Assembly (NCBI GenBank): GCA_017499595.2
Contig: CM039001.1
Location: 3,720,001-3,784,000, forward strand
Length of the DNA: 64,000 nt
Origin: Psilocybe cubensis
Lineage: Eukaryota
Direction: 5' to 3'
Both the position numbers and the translations under genes were made by a program. Shown one piece after another: positions 48,010 through 64,000 of the stretch (position 1 is its first letter; every line of letters begins with the position of its first letter). Below the pieces are notes generated by a model. That model made no database searches, was not told the DNA's origin, and saw nothing but the letters and a program-made list of their open reading frames with translations.

Positions 48010-48689
48010 GCTGTGGTTGACAAAAATTTCATTTTGTCCGATGTTTGGGATAGAGCACTTGCGAATTGACATATCTTCAAAACATCGCGTCCAATGTAGA
48101 CTCGAAAAGGCAACTTCGCCGCGCTTGCCTGCTATACGAGAATTGTCGGACATCCAAATGGCAGTTCATAGAATTCAATTACCACCAGGTAGTCCATGAC
48201 TCCATTCCTCTAACCACTGTGATTACATTCACAATATGAAGCAAAACATTGTCTGAACTACCAGTGATTGCACTTGACTTGGGTTGACATGTTGACATGA
48301 ATATGTTGAAGGTATGCAATATCCTCTACCTTGTTTGAATCGCGGTCCCTGCATGCTACTACGTCGGCGCCATAAGATTCCACGACACAACCACCTATGC
48401 AGATTCTGCAAATCGAAAGTCGAAGATGAAGTGACTACATGCCCTCTTCCTATGCAATCACGTACCCGCTTCACTCATGGATAAACGCATGAAATTTCTG
48501 CAGTTGCTCGCCAGTACAGCTCCTCAAATTGAATGGTTCTTTACCAACGATAGAGAAAGCTGGGATCTAATCCGACAACTCAGGGATCAAGAATCAACCC
48601 TACCTGCCTTTGCGGCATGCACACTGAAGGAATTTGATCAAGTCGACGTTCTCAGACCCGCCGATAGCTCCACACAGAGTAGCATTTGA
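48010..48689 (+). pseudogene. Possible decayed F-box/LRR-like gene fragment
   Basis: LRR-like peptides in different frames interrupted by stops: IEHLRIDI, LPAIRELS, LQILQIE, KFLQLLASTAPQIEWF. No intact spliced model found. Confidence 0.3.
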
Positions 48690-48931
48690 TTGTCACTAAG
48701 ATTCATGTATAATTAGTTAGACTCAAAAATCCTTCATCCTGAGCCAGTGAGATCCAGCAGAATGTCTTCACAACACTCTGCCTTCGAACGTGTAAGGGAG
48801 ATGAGAGCCCCATCGGAGCTTTACAGGTCTGTCAGGCTACCGACGGAAACCGGTGAGTAATCCTTTTTAGGGTCCGTAAAATCACCACAACAACCAACCA
48901 TCCAATCCATTCCAATCTGTTCATCGATCGA

Positions 48932-50050
48932 ATGTTATCTATTGTATCTAGACAACATTCTTTTGGACAAAAGCAGCGAAATATACTTCATCGATCAATA
49001 ACCTTTCATGGTATTGTACCACATGGTTACCATTCGTTGTGGCCTCAAGGCCATCGCAGTGCAGAAACCTATTATAGGCGCCCAGTCACGGTCAGATTTC
49101 TCAAAGAACGTTGCTTTTCTCCCTCACCTTTCCACCAAACCACTACCTTCAAGCGTAATATTCGGAAATTGCTATGGGGAATGTGAATACGGTGAGCAAT
49201 TTTGCCAGTCTTACATGTATTGAATAAATGTCAATGTCGCGTGGTATCTAGAGTATGTTTCCTCGGTTATTGACCTATGTGCACTATCCCATTATTGGCG
49301 CACTAACTTCCAAAATGATATGCGCTATTAAATCCCTGTCATGGATTGCTTCACTACCTTTGCAGATGACATCGGTGAAAATGATATTATCACTGCTTCG
49401 CCGAACAAGGCTCTACATAGCATGGAAAAAGGAGGATTTAGACACGGTAATGACACCCGAGATGGAGAGAAAGTATTGGAAAAGTGCTGCCAAGGATCGC
49501 ATGAAATTGCTACGATCAGATGCCCGGTTTGTGGGCACAGGTGGGCGTCATACAGGTACGATGCCGCCGGTGATCCTATCATATACACCTGCGCTTCCTC
49601 CCGAGAAACCAAGGAAGATCAATAGATACGAAGATTACTTCATCACGCCAAAAACATACTGCAAATGGCATAGGATGGTGTATCCTGGAACAGTGCGTAT
49701 GATTTCGCCTTGAAAATCACAAATTTTTTTGCTAACCTTGCTCTTAGAAACACCCCACAATCGCTGAGGCATCGAGGCTGCGGGCCACGCACGATCCAGA
49801 AGAGCTACGGCAGATTCACCACATATCGCGAATGCTTCCAGACGACCAGGTCTTTCCGGACGCAGATGGCGTCCCTAAGCCTTGGTCATCCAAATATCAG
49901 AAAAAGTGGCGAAAGTGGTTGAAATCGAGGGAAAATGACGTGATTTTTGTGGATGAAGATTTGGAGACACCTCATCTGAGTCACAAAATTCAGCCAGAAA
50001 TCAAGAATTTCTCGCCGCGTCGACGACGGATCTTAAACACAATTCATTAA
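48932..50050 (+). CDS. Hypothetical basic protein, multi-exon (possible mitochondrial presequence)
   Basis: Basic, acid-poor N-terminal ORF, followed by ORFs 49255-49713 and 49832-50050 that can be joined through a gtgcgt...ctaac...ttag intron. The 5' exon structure is not resolved. Confidence 0.45.
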
Positions 50051-50205
50051 TATCTATATGTCAGGGCATTGTATCTTACTAGGCAACGTGGGCTCCCATC
50101 AGGGAGCTTTTTATCAACGCAAAAGTGCGTTCATTGGTATAATGTGGTTTCTATAGAATCTATCAGCATTGAGTCGTGAAAAGAGAGATAAATCACAGAC
50201 TATGC

Positions 50206-50769
50206 TCATCTACGGCCCTTTCCTTTCACCAATGTAAATCCGTCTTCATCGATCTCCGGCTCTTTCGATGCTTTTGGTATAGGATGCTCCAGTAGTTGCG
50301 GTGCCTCATCGCCAGCTTCGTCGTCATCGCCGTCTTCGTCTGACCACTCTTCTTCTCCATCCGCAACCTGCACCTGAACCTCCGTCTTCTTTCCTTTGAG
50401 CCCATCTGCAAGCTGCTCGAACTTGAGAACGAGATCTTGTGTTCCAACTTTGCTTTCGTCCCACAAACGAACGATATCTTGAGCGACGCTCTCCGCGCTT
50501 CCGTCTTCTACCACGGCTTCAAATTCATCCTCCATAATCTGTAGAATCATTTCTTCCACGTATTGATCATCGGGTGTGGGTGTCTGTTCTTCGAATGCGT
50601 CCACGATCACTGACGCTAACCAGGTCCGCTTAGCAGCTGCATCAGGTCCTCCCCAATTTTCTTGGACTGCTACTCGCAATATAGGCCATATTGCAAGCCT
50701 GGAAATCACCCCACGAGCAAACAAAACAGACGATGGAGGTGGCACACTTTGTTGAGAGGATGTGTCCAT
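50206..50769 (-). CDS. TSR2: Pre-rRNA-processing protein Tsr2 (WGG domain), intronless
   Basis: WPILRVAVQENWGG, DEFEAVVEDGS, acidic tail and C-terminal DEDGFTLV..K motif. Confidence 0.92.
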   Translation of the reverse strand: MDTSSQQSVPPPSSVLFARGVISRLAIWPILRVAVQENWGGPDAAAKRTWLASVIVDAFEEQTPTPDDQYVEEMILQIMEDEFEAVVEDGSAESVAQDIVRLWDESKVGTQDLVLKFEQLADGLKGKKTEVQVQVADGEEEWSDEDGDDDEAGDEAPQLLEHPIPKASKEPEIDEDGFTLVKGKGRR

Positions 50770-50920
50770 TTGTGATAACGGTCAAGAGCAGATTTAAGTT
50801 TTAATTTGAAATTGATCTTTGCTTGATTTCAACGCCATCGGCGTTTGAACGAAATATGATCTATTTTCAATTCTTGCATCTGCTCCGAAACGCTGATACT
50901 CTTTCTTTTCCTTGTGCAAA

Positions 50921-53486
50921 ATGTTGAGCGCTGTAGCAGCACGAAAAGCGGCCCTTGCTGCACAAGCGGAACGACAAACACTAGAGTCTCCGACGCCGTC
51001 CGGCTCAGGATCTACCACTCCAGCTCCATCTAGGAGTGAAACACCGAAACGCAAGTCCACCGTGCAAAAGTCGCGTTCAGCAACTAAAAAGATTAAGAAA
51101 TCGCAGCCGAAAAGCATGCCGCAACAAACGACGACGGCTGACGCGTTCAGGGATCAGACGGATATCATCGTAGTTCAGTCGGAAGACGACGGGTCGGATG
51201 ATGCAATGAGCGGACTGGAAGAGTTTGATGAGGGCCCTTCGGATAGAAATGGGGGAGCATCGACAAGAAGGGCGTGGTCTCCCAGTCAACCTGTGGCGGA
51301 TTCATCGGACGAAGATTCTGTCGACGACGAGGCGGAAAATGCAAACCCTTTGGACATATCGACTCTGTTCCCCCATCTCTCACATCCGAAACAAGTCCCC
51401 ACCGATGACAATGTACTGTCAACATTCGAGCCTGTTCTGGATGAAAATGTGTTTATCTTGACAGAAGATGAATGCCATCAACTAGGGTTGGAAGGAAATG
51501 CTACACTTGTTGGTCTGGATGCCGATGATTCCGTCTGCGTGCTAGGAACGTGTAGCCTGGTGGTTCTCCATGGTTCAATAAACCTGCTTGGTGCCACCAT
51601 CTCTAGTTCAACCGTCAAACACCGTGTCTATGCTCCACGTTCTGCCCCGCTTCCTGTTATTCGTCCTGGGAAAGAGACAGGTTCGATGGTTCATGCTGAC
51701 AAGTTTCCACCTCGGCTTCGCGATGCTCTCCAGCACAAGGCAATCATAGCTCTTCATGAGCTCAAAACAGATGTCGTTGGCCTGGGACGCATTTGCCGAA
51801 CATTTGAAGGAGTCTTCGAACCCTCCAGATGGCAGAAGAGTAGTATTGAGGCCCCGTTCGACATACCTGGGCTTTACATGGTGAGTCTCACTTCTTTACC
51901 CGCCTGTCAAACCAGACTTTCACAAGCTGAATAGATTCGCCAACAATCCAGAGAGTGTCATGCGTTCTGGATGCCACCTTCATGGTCTAAGGCTTTGGAT
52001 ATGCTCTCTCCCAATGATAATATGATTTGTGGGACTTATATCATCAAAGGCCCCAAAAATAGCGGCAAGAGTACATTTGCTCGAACATTGACAAATCATT
52101 TACTTTCCACGTAAGTCTTCATATCGCTGTAGTCATTCTAAATAAGTAAATCTATATCCTAGATATAAACGAGTCGCTTTTCTCGAATGTGATCTCGGTC
52201 AATCCGAGTTTACTCCTGGCGGCATGGTTTCATTGAACGTCATTTCATCACCAATACTTGGTACCATAGTCCGATCTTTTATAAACCTGAATTAACATGT
52301 TTTTTCTGCAGGGCCACCTTTCACGCATCCGACACTGCCAAACCGTGCTCATTTTATAGGTTCAACGACTCCCCGTTCATCACCCTCGCACTATCTGGAC
52401 GCAGTTCTTTCACTAATACAAGCGTATCGACTCGATATTCAAACACCTACACTTGATTTTGACGACAGTGAAGATGAAACCCTGATATCAGACGTTATTC
52501 CCATAGTGGTGAACACCATGGGCTGGTCCAAAGGTCTAGGATTTGACCTGACGCAGAAAATTGAATCCTTGCTGGAGCCGACAGACATCTTCGATATCCA
52601 CACACCAGTAAGGGAGGAGTACCCGACATCAATCGCTCCAGTAGGTATTGGGGGTCACAACAATGGCTATGGCGCCTATCACGACCAGTCCACTATGGAT
52701 GCAACGACTGCACGCGTTCATGTGCTCGATGCCGTTGTGTCCTCCTCCTCCGCTGCCGGGTATACACCCGCAGACCATCGCGCGATCAATATTCTATCTT
52801 ATTTTCATGCTCGGTTCCCCATTGACGCCGTCCCTGGCGGGTTCAATCAAGTAAATGCCACTGAGTGGGATGTGTCAAGGCCTCTCTGCGCACAACTTCC
52901 GTATAAGGTCGATTGTAGCGTCGCATTTGATAAAATCGTCCTCACTGGAGCTGGCAGTGAAGACGTCGTCGAAGAAGAGATCGCCCGGGTACTGAACGGA
53001 GCCATTGTAGGATTCATCAAGTGCGACCCAGGGGCGATTGATGTTGACATCGGAGCTCAGAGCTCAAGAGATGCACCCCCCAATGATATTCCATACACTC
53101 GCCAGTTCAGCCCCCCATCACCTCTCTCGTCAGAGTGTGTTGGCCTAGGTCTTATACGCGGCGTGTCGTCGCCGTCGCCCGCGATTACATCCACGGACCA
53201 TGCATCGCCAGAGGGACTCTCCAAGACTTACCTGCACATACTCACCCCTCTTCCCCATACTCTCCTCGCGCAAACCCGTGTATTAGTCAAGGGCGAAATG
53301 GAGCTTCCTGTTTGGGGAATGCTGGATTTCCGAAACTTCGAAGGCAAGGATGTAGACATGGGGGATGTGGTGGGCGTCGAGCGGGATAACGTCCCGTACT
53401 TGCAGTGGGGAAAGGCGCCGGATGGTGCTCTCGGAGCAGAGAAACGGCGGGTGCGAAGGAATCTGATGAGGAGAGGTCAGATGTAA
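50921..53486 (+). CDS. GRC3: Polynucleotide 5'-hydroxyl kinase Grc3/NOL9 (Clp1 family), multi-exon
   Basis: P-loop KGPKNSGKSTFAR, ECDLGQSEFTPGG, GPPFTHP, VVNTMGWSKGLG, CVGLGLIRGV, LVKGEMELP, VPYL...RVRRNL. Confidence 0.92.
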
Positions 53487-55423
53487 TGCTTTTTCGTGAT
53501 GTTTGTAAGTACTCTATGGGGAGAAGCTACTCTCGCGCCCAGCAAGTTCAATTCTAACCACTGTAAGTGCTACCTTAATGCCTGATGTCCCTTCCTTTGG
53601 TGGAGTGGGGCATGGCCATGGATCGCAGGCTCTCATTTTCCGTACCTTCCATTCTGAACGACTTGGTCGACCTTGTTGTTTTAGCTGCTCTGACTTCAAG
53701 TGCACGCCAAGTGTGTTGATGACATTTTCGATATTCATGGCAGGCGCTATCGGCTACCGTCCCATACACAATCGAGTCAGCTGGCTGGAGATAGGAGTTA
53801 AATCATGTCCCGTGTTTCCCAAAGGTCGGCAGTTCTTGGGACAGCTACTAATATAATCTGCTTGTAGCGAGGCGTTGAGGTCATGAGAATACTTGAGTTC
53901 TCATTCCATTCAAAATAAAAGGCTAAATAATTATTCTTCAACGACCAATTGATCACCTACAAACTACGACGGACATCTTGTTATGTTTGCTGCATTATGA
54001 CCCTAACCAATACCCGTATTTTGTCATGGTAGGTCAATGCCCATGATATTTTCAAAATCCGGAACGGCTGTGCAACGCTAGGCTCTTCTAGACTTTGGGT
54101 ATCATATCATTCTATCTGTTTGAGCTAGTTATAGCAGCTACGCCCGACACATAGTCTGCTCGTTAAGATGCTCTGACATCCTGTTAAACTGATTCAAGAA
54201 CAATATAATTATGTATGTGAAATTTATCCAAGACTTTACATTGACCAGTGCAGGGTCTAGGCGCTCTGTTTGCATATACATATCAGCAGGTTCGTGATGT
54301 CAACCCTGAGAGGATTACTATGCTAATAATCCATCCGAAAGAAAGAATGGATGGATGGATTGGATAATCCACTAAATTTTCAAGGCAAATGGAAACGGGA
54401 ATGTTTGTCCTGTTGTATTTGATGTGTACATGATGTCCCGAACTTGACGAGCGCTTCACATTCAGGATATAGGCAAGGTAGAAACGGAACAAGCCCATCA
54501 TGCGCTAGTCCTCTTTAGGTAAATCTGTTGATACCTCATTTATGTTCCTATAAAAGGTACACCAACACATGTCACCATGCCGGTTGGCTGTGTATGGTAG
54601 TCCCGAACTCCCATGCGGTCCGTAGTTTTTCTTGAATTATATATGATGTCTATGTCAGTCGTGTGATCTTCTTTGTTACTTTGAAGCTGCTCACCTCAGA
54701 GCCCAAGTCATCGCAATAGAGCCATTTTTACTTCGAAATTATAGAATCTCTCGGCCATCTAGGTACGCCCACCATTAAATCAAACTTCAGTCATTAAAAT
54801 GCGTAGAGAGAATGATCGTTGATAAGTGTTCCCGGAGCGAACGTGTGTATAAATATATACCCGGTGTCGCGAGCGGTGACATACTGAGGAGTTAAAACTG
54901 GCATACTACAGAAGCAAGAATAAACCGTAGAGAAGATTTTAAAGCTTCGTCTTCGAGGACATGCGGCAGTCACGGAACATCTGGAATTATTCTAAATTGA
55001 TATATCTAGGTGTATTGTTTCCAGTTCAACTTCCATAGCGTCGAAATCATAATCCAATAATTTAACAATACGACGAATATTACCTGTAGATAGCAGGATT
55101 GACATCCATATTGTAGTTATATCTATTACTGATCCGTCTCCGTTTTTTTTTTACAAAAGCTGATCATATGAAAAACTGCTCCAGAGAGTGACGATCAATG
55201 ATGGAGACCAAGAATGATCACCTCCTAGTTGTGTTAACAGAGACACCGTCATACTAATAATTAGACTGATGCTGATTTTAATAGAATATATGACTTGAGC
55301 CAGACATTGAGGCCTGAGAAGTGACAGATCGAGTATTCAGAAGAATAGGTTTATAGTACAAAAAGAAACCTGTTTCTGTCCCTCATTATTTTCCCTCCTG
55401 CCCACGTTCAAATACTCTCAGAT

Positions 55424-57319
55424 ATGACTAGTGTTTCGTTCCCGGTGGATGTGGTACTCTTGAGCGAGATCGTTGCCCCTATTCTCGCCTCTGCCTTTTT
55501 CACTGCATTGTGTGTCCTTGTCTCCCCGATATTCCTAAGCAAAAGGATTGTTAACCTGTTGCAGCTGGCTAGGTCTAATCTGTTTTCTGACTTATCGATA
55601 CTACTGCAATTTTCCGACTGATGCCGTTGGCATCAAGGCAGTGGTGAGCACATTAAGCTGCCGCGTCTGTCACTTGGCAGTGTCTTAACTCCTATCACCT
55701 ATGTAGGTTGGAACCACCGTGTGAGAACATGAAATTTTAGCCCGGTATATTCCAGTTTTGTTAAACCTCAATTTATCCAGAATATTTCAGACTTTCAATA
55801 CGTTCGTTGCATGCCTTTAATTTTTCAGAGTTTTGAAAATAACTATTTGATAGGATTGTAATGGCCAGAATGTCCTACCGTTATCTCGTTTCTTCGTTCG
55901 GTAGTCCTGACCATTTACTGGTACCACTGTGGTGAGTGGATTGAACATCTACGTTATCTGTCTGCCACAATGATGCCACGTTGACTTGTATGAAGGGAGT
56001 TTGGAACAAGCATACTGATGCTAGTAAGCATTTTTTAAATTTATAACTTGAAGTTGTCGTCAGAGATTTACGTTGTCGGGAATCTTTAGACGCTCATTGA
56101 CTATATGGTTCAAACACTGTATGCGTATCGGCTCGGTTTACGTATGGCACTGATGTTATAAGATGTTCTATCAGCAAACTAATTCCACATTCTTGACAGT
56201 TATAGGGAAAGAACGGTATATTATACGAGGCCTAGTTGTATGGCGCCATTATTTATCAACCTTCACATTTTAAATATTTTACTCCAGCTTTCACTACCTC
56301 TAGGAGCATTGGGTGAGATCGTATCATCAACTTCAACGGCCTGGAGCTGATGTAGCCTACCCGACAGGTTTCGGGATGAAAGTCACTGCTGTTGTACTGG
56401 GCGCAAAAGCTTTCACAGACCTAGGAGAATATGCCGTAGGTAATTTACCTTGATGAAATGATTCGAAAATCTAACCTTTTCTACAAAAGTGGATCATCAT
56501 AGTCTGGTTCTCCTGTCTGGCTGGATGTGACATCATCCTTACTACAGCTCAAGCCTTTTACCTCCATTATCATCGGACAGGAGTCGCTAGGTACGATGCG
56601 GAACACTATTCTGAAAGTGATTTCTGACTATTTGATCAGAACAAATCATGTTGTGAACACGCTCATTCTATACATTACGACAACCGCTATGGTTGCGAGG
56701 TATGAGAGGCTCTTAGATGCTACCAGCTCCGAATTAGAGAACTAAAGTTGGTTACTAGTGTGCTGATTATCATTCAGCTTTCTCTTGTAAGCATCGGATA
56801 GACCCACTTGACTGTTTTACTCAGCAATTTTATCAGTTTGTCGTTCTCAAGGGATGGAACTATGCCCAAACCTTCCTGACATTCCAAACAAGTGCCAGTA
56901 AGTACCTGACACTTTCTAATCACCGTTCAAAGTACAACTAAAAATTTCAGTACGCATTATATGTCTTATGGCAAAGTATGATTTTTTTTACCAAAGAGAA
57001 AACATTTGCTGACCCCATTGAAGCTTGAGTTCTCGCAAGGCGTTTGGAAGGGACGGAAGCCGAGTCAGTCATGACACCGGTACCAGTCAAGGAATTTCGT
57101 TTGGAAGCGAAGGAAGATCAGTTGATTACAATGTAAGCTTCCTTTTAGCAGAGGGAAAAGAGACAAATTGAGTAATTATGCGAGCAGAAGTCCAATGTTG
57201 TTGACTTTCGCACAAGTATGGCACTCAGTCATGTCATCAATATATCTGAACCAGCGGATAAGGGGAAAAGACAAGGTGCCATCAGAGATATAAACCCAGA
57301 GCAGGAGAATCTGAGCTAG
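55424..57319 (+). CDS. DUF6534-like multi-pass membrane protein with many short exons
   Basis: Spliced peptides YRYYCNFPTD..GIKAV, YRYLVSSFG, VQTLYAYR, TDL....IIV.FSCL...H, TNHVVNTLILYITTT, typical of this Agaricomycete family. The exon chain is only partly resolved. Confidence 0.65.
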
Positions 57320-57936
57320 GGGATACTGTGTCTACTTACTATATAACTGTTATCCGTTTTGATCACTCTGTACTACCAAGTCCCGCGAATTTCACAGTAT
57401 TTATACGTGAAATAGTAAATTGAATTAGGATTCAACAAAAAATAGCAAGCCTTTAAGCCCCCAAAGCCCTCGCCGAACCTATAGCCAAGCTTAAGACGCG
57501 TCCAAAGTCCGACGCGGGCACGCGTAACCGTTTCTCACCATGTGATCGTAAGTGCCGTTCACGTGATATGTCCATTTTGGACTCCGACCATCTCCGACGT
57601 GGCAGCTTACGGAAGAGCTGTCAAGTATCCAACCCTGCCAGTGCAATTGTTCTATCACAAGTTTTCTCCTACAGTTTTTATCTCCTGGTTCTGCTCTAAG
57701 TCATGTATCTTTTGGTTCTTCTTGCGATACCACTGGAGTCGTTTTATACCGCTGAATTGGCTTTGAATTTGCTACAGCTCTGGGCCCGATCCTTATATTG
57801 CTGGTCAAACCAAGACAACTCTTGTAAAAAAGCACCAGCCTCGATCAGATTTCGTCCATAAATTTAAAAGGCGCATGGCTGGCTGACATCTGGTCCTCTT
57901 ATTACCCTTCTTTTCTCATACCGCTTGACTGGGGAC

Positions 57937-60010
57937 ATGTCTTGCAGAACCAACTTCGAACCTCCTAGTCCCTCCTTCCATACCACAACGACGACCTCTT
58001 TGGATACGATTGCTGTTAGTACCACCTTAAAGGAAAAGGATACATCAATCATCAATTCCAGTGTTGCCGAGCCTTCAGTAATTCTTGATCCCGGTATCAT
58101 ATTGCCTCCATGCCAACCTTTTACGAAAGACCTCTTTGAGAAAGGAGATCCATCTGTGAAGGCCGCTCGGAAAGAGTATCTGAAGTCATATTTGACTGGA
58201 TTACTCATGGTAATTCTGACGATATTTTCCGTATTCGCTATCTACTGGGGGTCGCTTTGGAAGGTTCCTGCGCATTCTTTGAGGGGATGGATTGTCGTAC
58301 GCTATTCCGTCTTGCTTTATGTCTGCATACTCAAAATTTCAAGGATTTCGATGGCGGGAGAGTGGGGCAAGGTGTTACCCAAACATTTCTTGACATTAAT
58401 CGGTCCAATCATGTCATTAAATGGAAAGTCATTCCACCAAGTAAGTTTCACAAGGGAGTCACCGATGTCGCCCACGCTTTGAAGGACGAACAGACATGGG
58501 CGGCCATTGTCAGTGAGTGGCCTCATATTTCTGTCCATGATGGCTGATACTAGTAAATACTTGTCGCCTGGTCCAGTTAATGCAGGGGCTAGCGACGCAC
58601 TACAGGCTACCACTGACAGTCCAGACCCCACGTATAATGGATCACAAGCGATTACCGTCTACGTGTCTGAGGCGCGAAATGAGAACGCCTAGTAAGCTAC
58701 TAGTCTCCTTTATTCCATGTGTATTTTACTTACACATCTTGCAGTCGTGCTTTTATTCGTCCAGTTGTGAGATAATACTCGACACAACCAAGAGGCTCAT
58801 CGTCTAACCATATATTAGGTACAAATGACACTGGAAACTTTCAAACTTGAATTCGCTATCCAGTTTGCGTCTGAAATATCCACTTTGCCTAACATTGTCG
58901 ACATATTGTCTGTCTCCCCCCAGACTTTGGCCAACCCTGTGTCCTATACTCTCGTTAATCTTATACCATTCAACCAGGCAGTGTACGTTATAATCTCCAT
59001 TGCACAATTAACCAACTCATTTCTCTTCAGTGCCAGCGCTGTCGTATTCGTTGGACTCATTTATCTATTAATTTTATCCTTCTTCATCGTTGTAAGGATA
59101 CTGAAGTATGATGTTCATGTACCAGAGTTGACTAACAATCTTGGTTTTAGAATATTGCTTTTCACGCTCGTCATGTTTCTGGCTTAGAAACTATGTTAAA
59201 TTTCAGGTCACTCGTTATACTCCGACTTTGCTCCTCCTTCTCTGGGTATTTCCTTCTATCAGTAGGTTAAATTTCTATTGAATAAATGGGCGTTCTTCTA
59301 ATCAGATTTTTCCGAGTTATTTTATTCTTTGCTTAGTTTGGCATTCAAGCTTGATTTAACGAGGAAGTAAGTGTCTGATACACATTGAAGCAATCTCATT
59401 TGGATGATGCTGCATTTAGTTACGGACAGGCTGGTTTTCTCGTTTTTTGGATGTGTAACTGGTTTGGCATGCTTTCTGTGTAAGCCCATAGATTTACACC
59501 ACTCCAAGTGCATTAATTCACATAACCCAGAGGATTGGCTCTAGAATCATTGATAACGCTCCTTACACCAAGATATATTCCATTTTTTATGATTCTTTGG
59601 ATCATCGGTGTGTTTATTGCCTTATTGATTCTCACTTTTCAATGTTCAGTTGAATGATACTTTTATCTTCGATGTCTTAGTTGACGTCTCCGTATGCGTC
59701 TTCCCCATCGATGTTTTGCCAACGATATTCCATTATGGGTACGCTGCGCCGTTCTACAATGTGTCGAAATCCATAAGGTCACTTGCCTTTGGGACTAAGG
59801 ACACACGTAAGGCGCAAGAACCCTCGGTGACATATTTATCTAACAAAATTTGCAGTTGGCTTCAATTTTGCTATCCTTGTCATATGGATCATTATCTCGT
59901 GCCTTTCCCTTCCAACCATTCAATGGTTTATACGCAGAAAGCAGATAAGGGAGAGGGAAGCGGCGACTTCGCACCTCACTCCCGAGATCAACTTGCCAGG
60001 AGATGTATAG
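57937..60010 (+). CDS. SNG1/DUF3533-like membrane protein, many exons
   Basis: FAIYWGSLWKVP, VVDFDGG, WAAIV, YNGSQAITVY.SEARNEN, NLIPFNQ, VGLIYLLILSFF, YGQAGF..FWM.NW.GMLS.GLALESL, IFHYGYAAPFYNVS. Confidence 0.85.
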
Positions 60011-60438
60011 ATTATGCGACACTCATGAGCACATTCATTAGTTTGCAGGAAATGGGTAACAACCATTCTTGTCGGATATGGTAACCTAGCTTTCATACAT
60101 TCGAAAAACAACCCCCGGCTTCTATATCTTTTGGACACAAACAAATCATCAGTCGAATATGCACGTAATTCATGACTCTCTTTGTGTTTGATATTTTATA
60201 CCCCTTGCTACAGTTTTAATACTAATTAATTTATGCACGACCTTTTTTCAAAGAAATTATATGAGGAAAACGAAACACTTATATTTGTAGGTTCGCTGAA
60301 GTTCGCCGACCGTGTTTTTTTTGGCAAAGTAAAATTATAGTTGAGTGCCAAGAACCGTGGGAAAATAAATCATGCCAGACTAGCCAGCCAGTCGTCACCG
60401 TCACCAGTTGGAAAACACCCTTTGTCGCTGTCCAAACG

Positions 60439-62755
<2,317 letters not shown>

Positions 62756-63031
62756 TCTGCAGTTACAATTGGCTTACGTTATCTCTTCTGTACATTTGGT
62801 GAGTTATGCCTTATTTTTTGTCAGCTTTCCCTTGTTTATTCACCAGGTGCTTCTGCAGTGTATCCCCAATGTATCTTGTTCTTAATGTCAAAAGGGACTA
62901 GTATGCACCACCTGCGGATGTGACACTATTTGCCGTGTTCCTTTTTGATAGCATTTGCTCATCGACCGGAAAGTAGTTCTTACCGGGCACACCTTGCATT
63001 GTTGCAAATATGTGGCCGAACTTTTGACCTC

Positions 63032-64000
63032 TTATGGGCTCCGCAGTATATTCTGTATATCATGCCGAAATCTTTTGAATAATTCTCGAACCACGATGTC
63101 AATGCCGCCCTCGGTGTAAAGAAGTCTGTTCGCGAGAGCATCGTATGTGTTCAATGTGTCACCGTTTCTCGATATGTCTTCTTTCTTCCCCAAAATATCA
63201 GGTGACTGCCGACATGATGGAGAAGAGTCACTATCAGGCGATGATGTCGGGCAGCTGGTCGTGGTCACAGGGCAATTCAGTTGGGCTATCTGTTCATGAC
63301 GTACGTCACTTTAAGCTTTCCTCGACTCCGCTGGTTTCACTCACCGATGTCCTTCATATTGACCACGTTGACTCTTTGTGCTTCGCCTACGACAATAAAT
63401 GATCAGCATCCTGCGAGCCTCAGTGCAAGTTATGCTTACCCCTGCCGAGGGTTCCACGATTCATTCAGTGTATCCCCAGACGAAAGAACATGAAGATTGG
63501 TTCGTTTCTCTGGAAGATACATTACCTCTGTCGGCTTGCTTCAAATACCCCATATTACTTTGAGGTGATGCGTCTAAAGTCTTTGTGTCCTTGCTGTTCT
63601 TCGTGAGCTAAATGGCCCTTTCTTTATCATTGAGGTCCGAAAGCCGAAACAAACATGCCTTCTACGAGGTCTGGATCCCGTTCTATTACCCAGGCGCGTT
63701 CTCTAACCATAATTATTGCCGCGCCACTGTCAATGTGAAAATTGTCCTGCAAATAGCCACCTTACCTTGCAATCTGCTTACCTTTATACCATTCATTTTG
63801 ATTCTAACTGTAGGCGCTTGGGGGAGCCCGGAATTATACCTTGGCACCCATCCCCAATCCTAATCCCCATCCAGCTATCTGAACTCGAGACATAGTCTCA
63901 GGTGGACCCATTGCAACCTCATGACTTGTTGATGTGTTTGAATAAGAAATGATATTGTAAAAAATGGCGAACAGATACGTATCTTGAGGACTTTCATCGT
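63032..64000 (-). other. Possible 3' part of a multi-exon gene that starts beyond the window
   Basis: Several minus-strand GT/AG-like signals and a 78-aa terminal ORF (63032-63268). No recognisable domain and no complete model. Confidence 0.25.

Noticed and set aside
49341-49625. ORF with zinc-ribbon-like CPVCGHRW
   Set aside because: It lies in an alternative frame of the longer ORF that splices coherently to the downstream exon, and only one convincing CxxC is present.

Overview
Eukaryotic, intron-rich fungal DNA, most likely an Agaricomycete (mushroom-forming basidiomycete), judged from short GT-AG introns of about 50-70 nt with CTRAC/CTRAT branch sites and from the gene families present. 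About 24 protein genes can be supported. Conserved housekeeping genes: YTA7/ATAD2, RNA14/CstF77, a KEL3-like kelch protein, an ER DnaJ-TPR co-chaperone, TSR2 head-to-head with GRC3/NOL9, and RVB1. Enzymes and transporters: a GH92 alpha-mannosidase, a heme-thiolate peroxidase, an AA3_2 GMC oxidoreductase, an MFS transporter and an SNG1/DUF3533-like protein. Lineage-specific families: three tandem truncated FunK1-type pseudokinases, three dispersed paralogous membrane proteins, and F-box-like and DUF6534-like genes. There are also two intron-containing tRNA genes (Gly-GCC, Leu-CAA). The standout signal is a 627-nt intron in RVB1 (60907-61533), about ten times the local intron size. By hand it folds into a large multi-branched RNA closed by a long-range helix. 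That fold is flanked by a box C-like motif and a box D, each next to an antisense element to conserved 25S rRNA, and the box D overlaps the intron branch point. This suggests a giant intronic box C/D snoRNA-like RNA, and possibly an autoregulatory switch, in the gene for a snoRNP-assembly ATPase. Gene coordinates are outer start/stop limits from manual splicing. No database search or folding program was run, and rRNA sequences and numbering are from memory.
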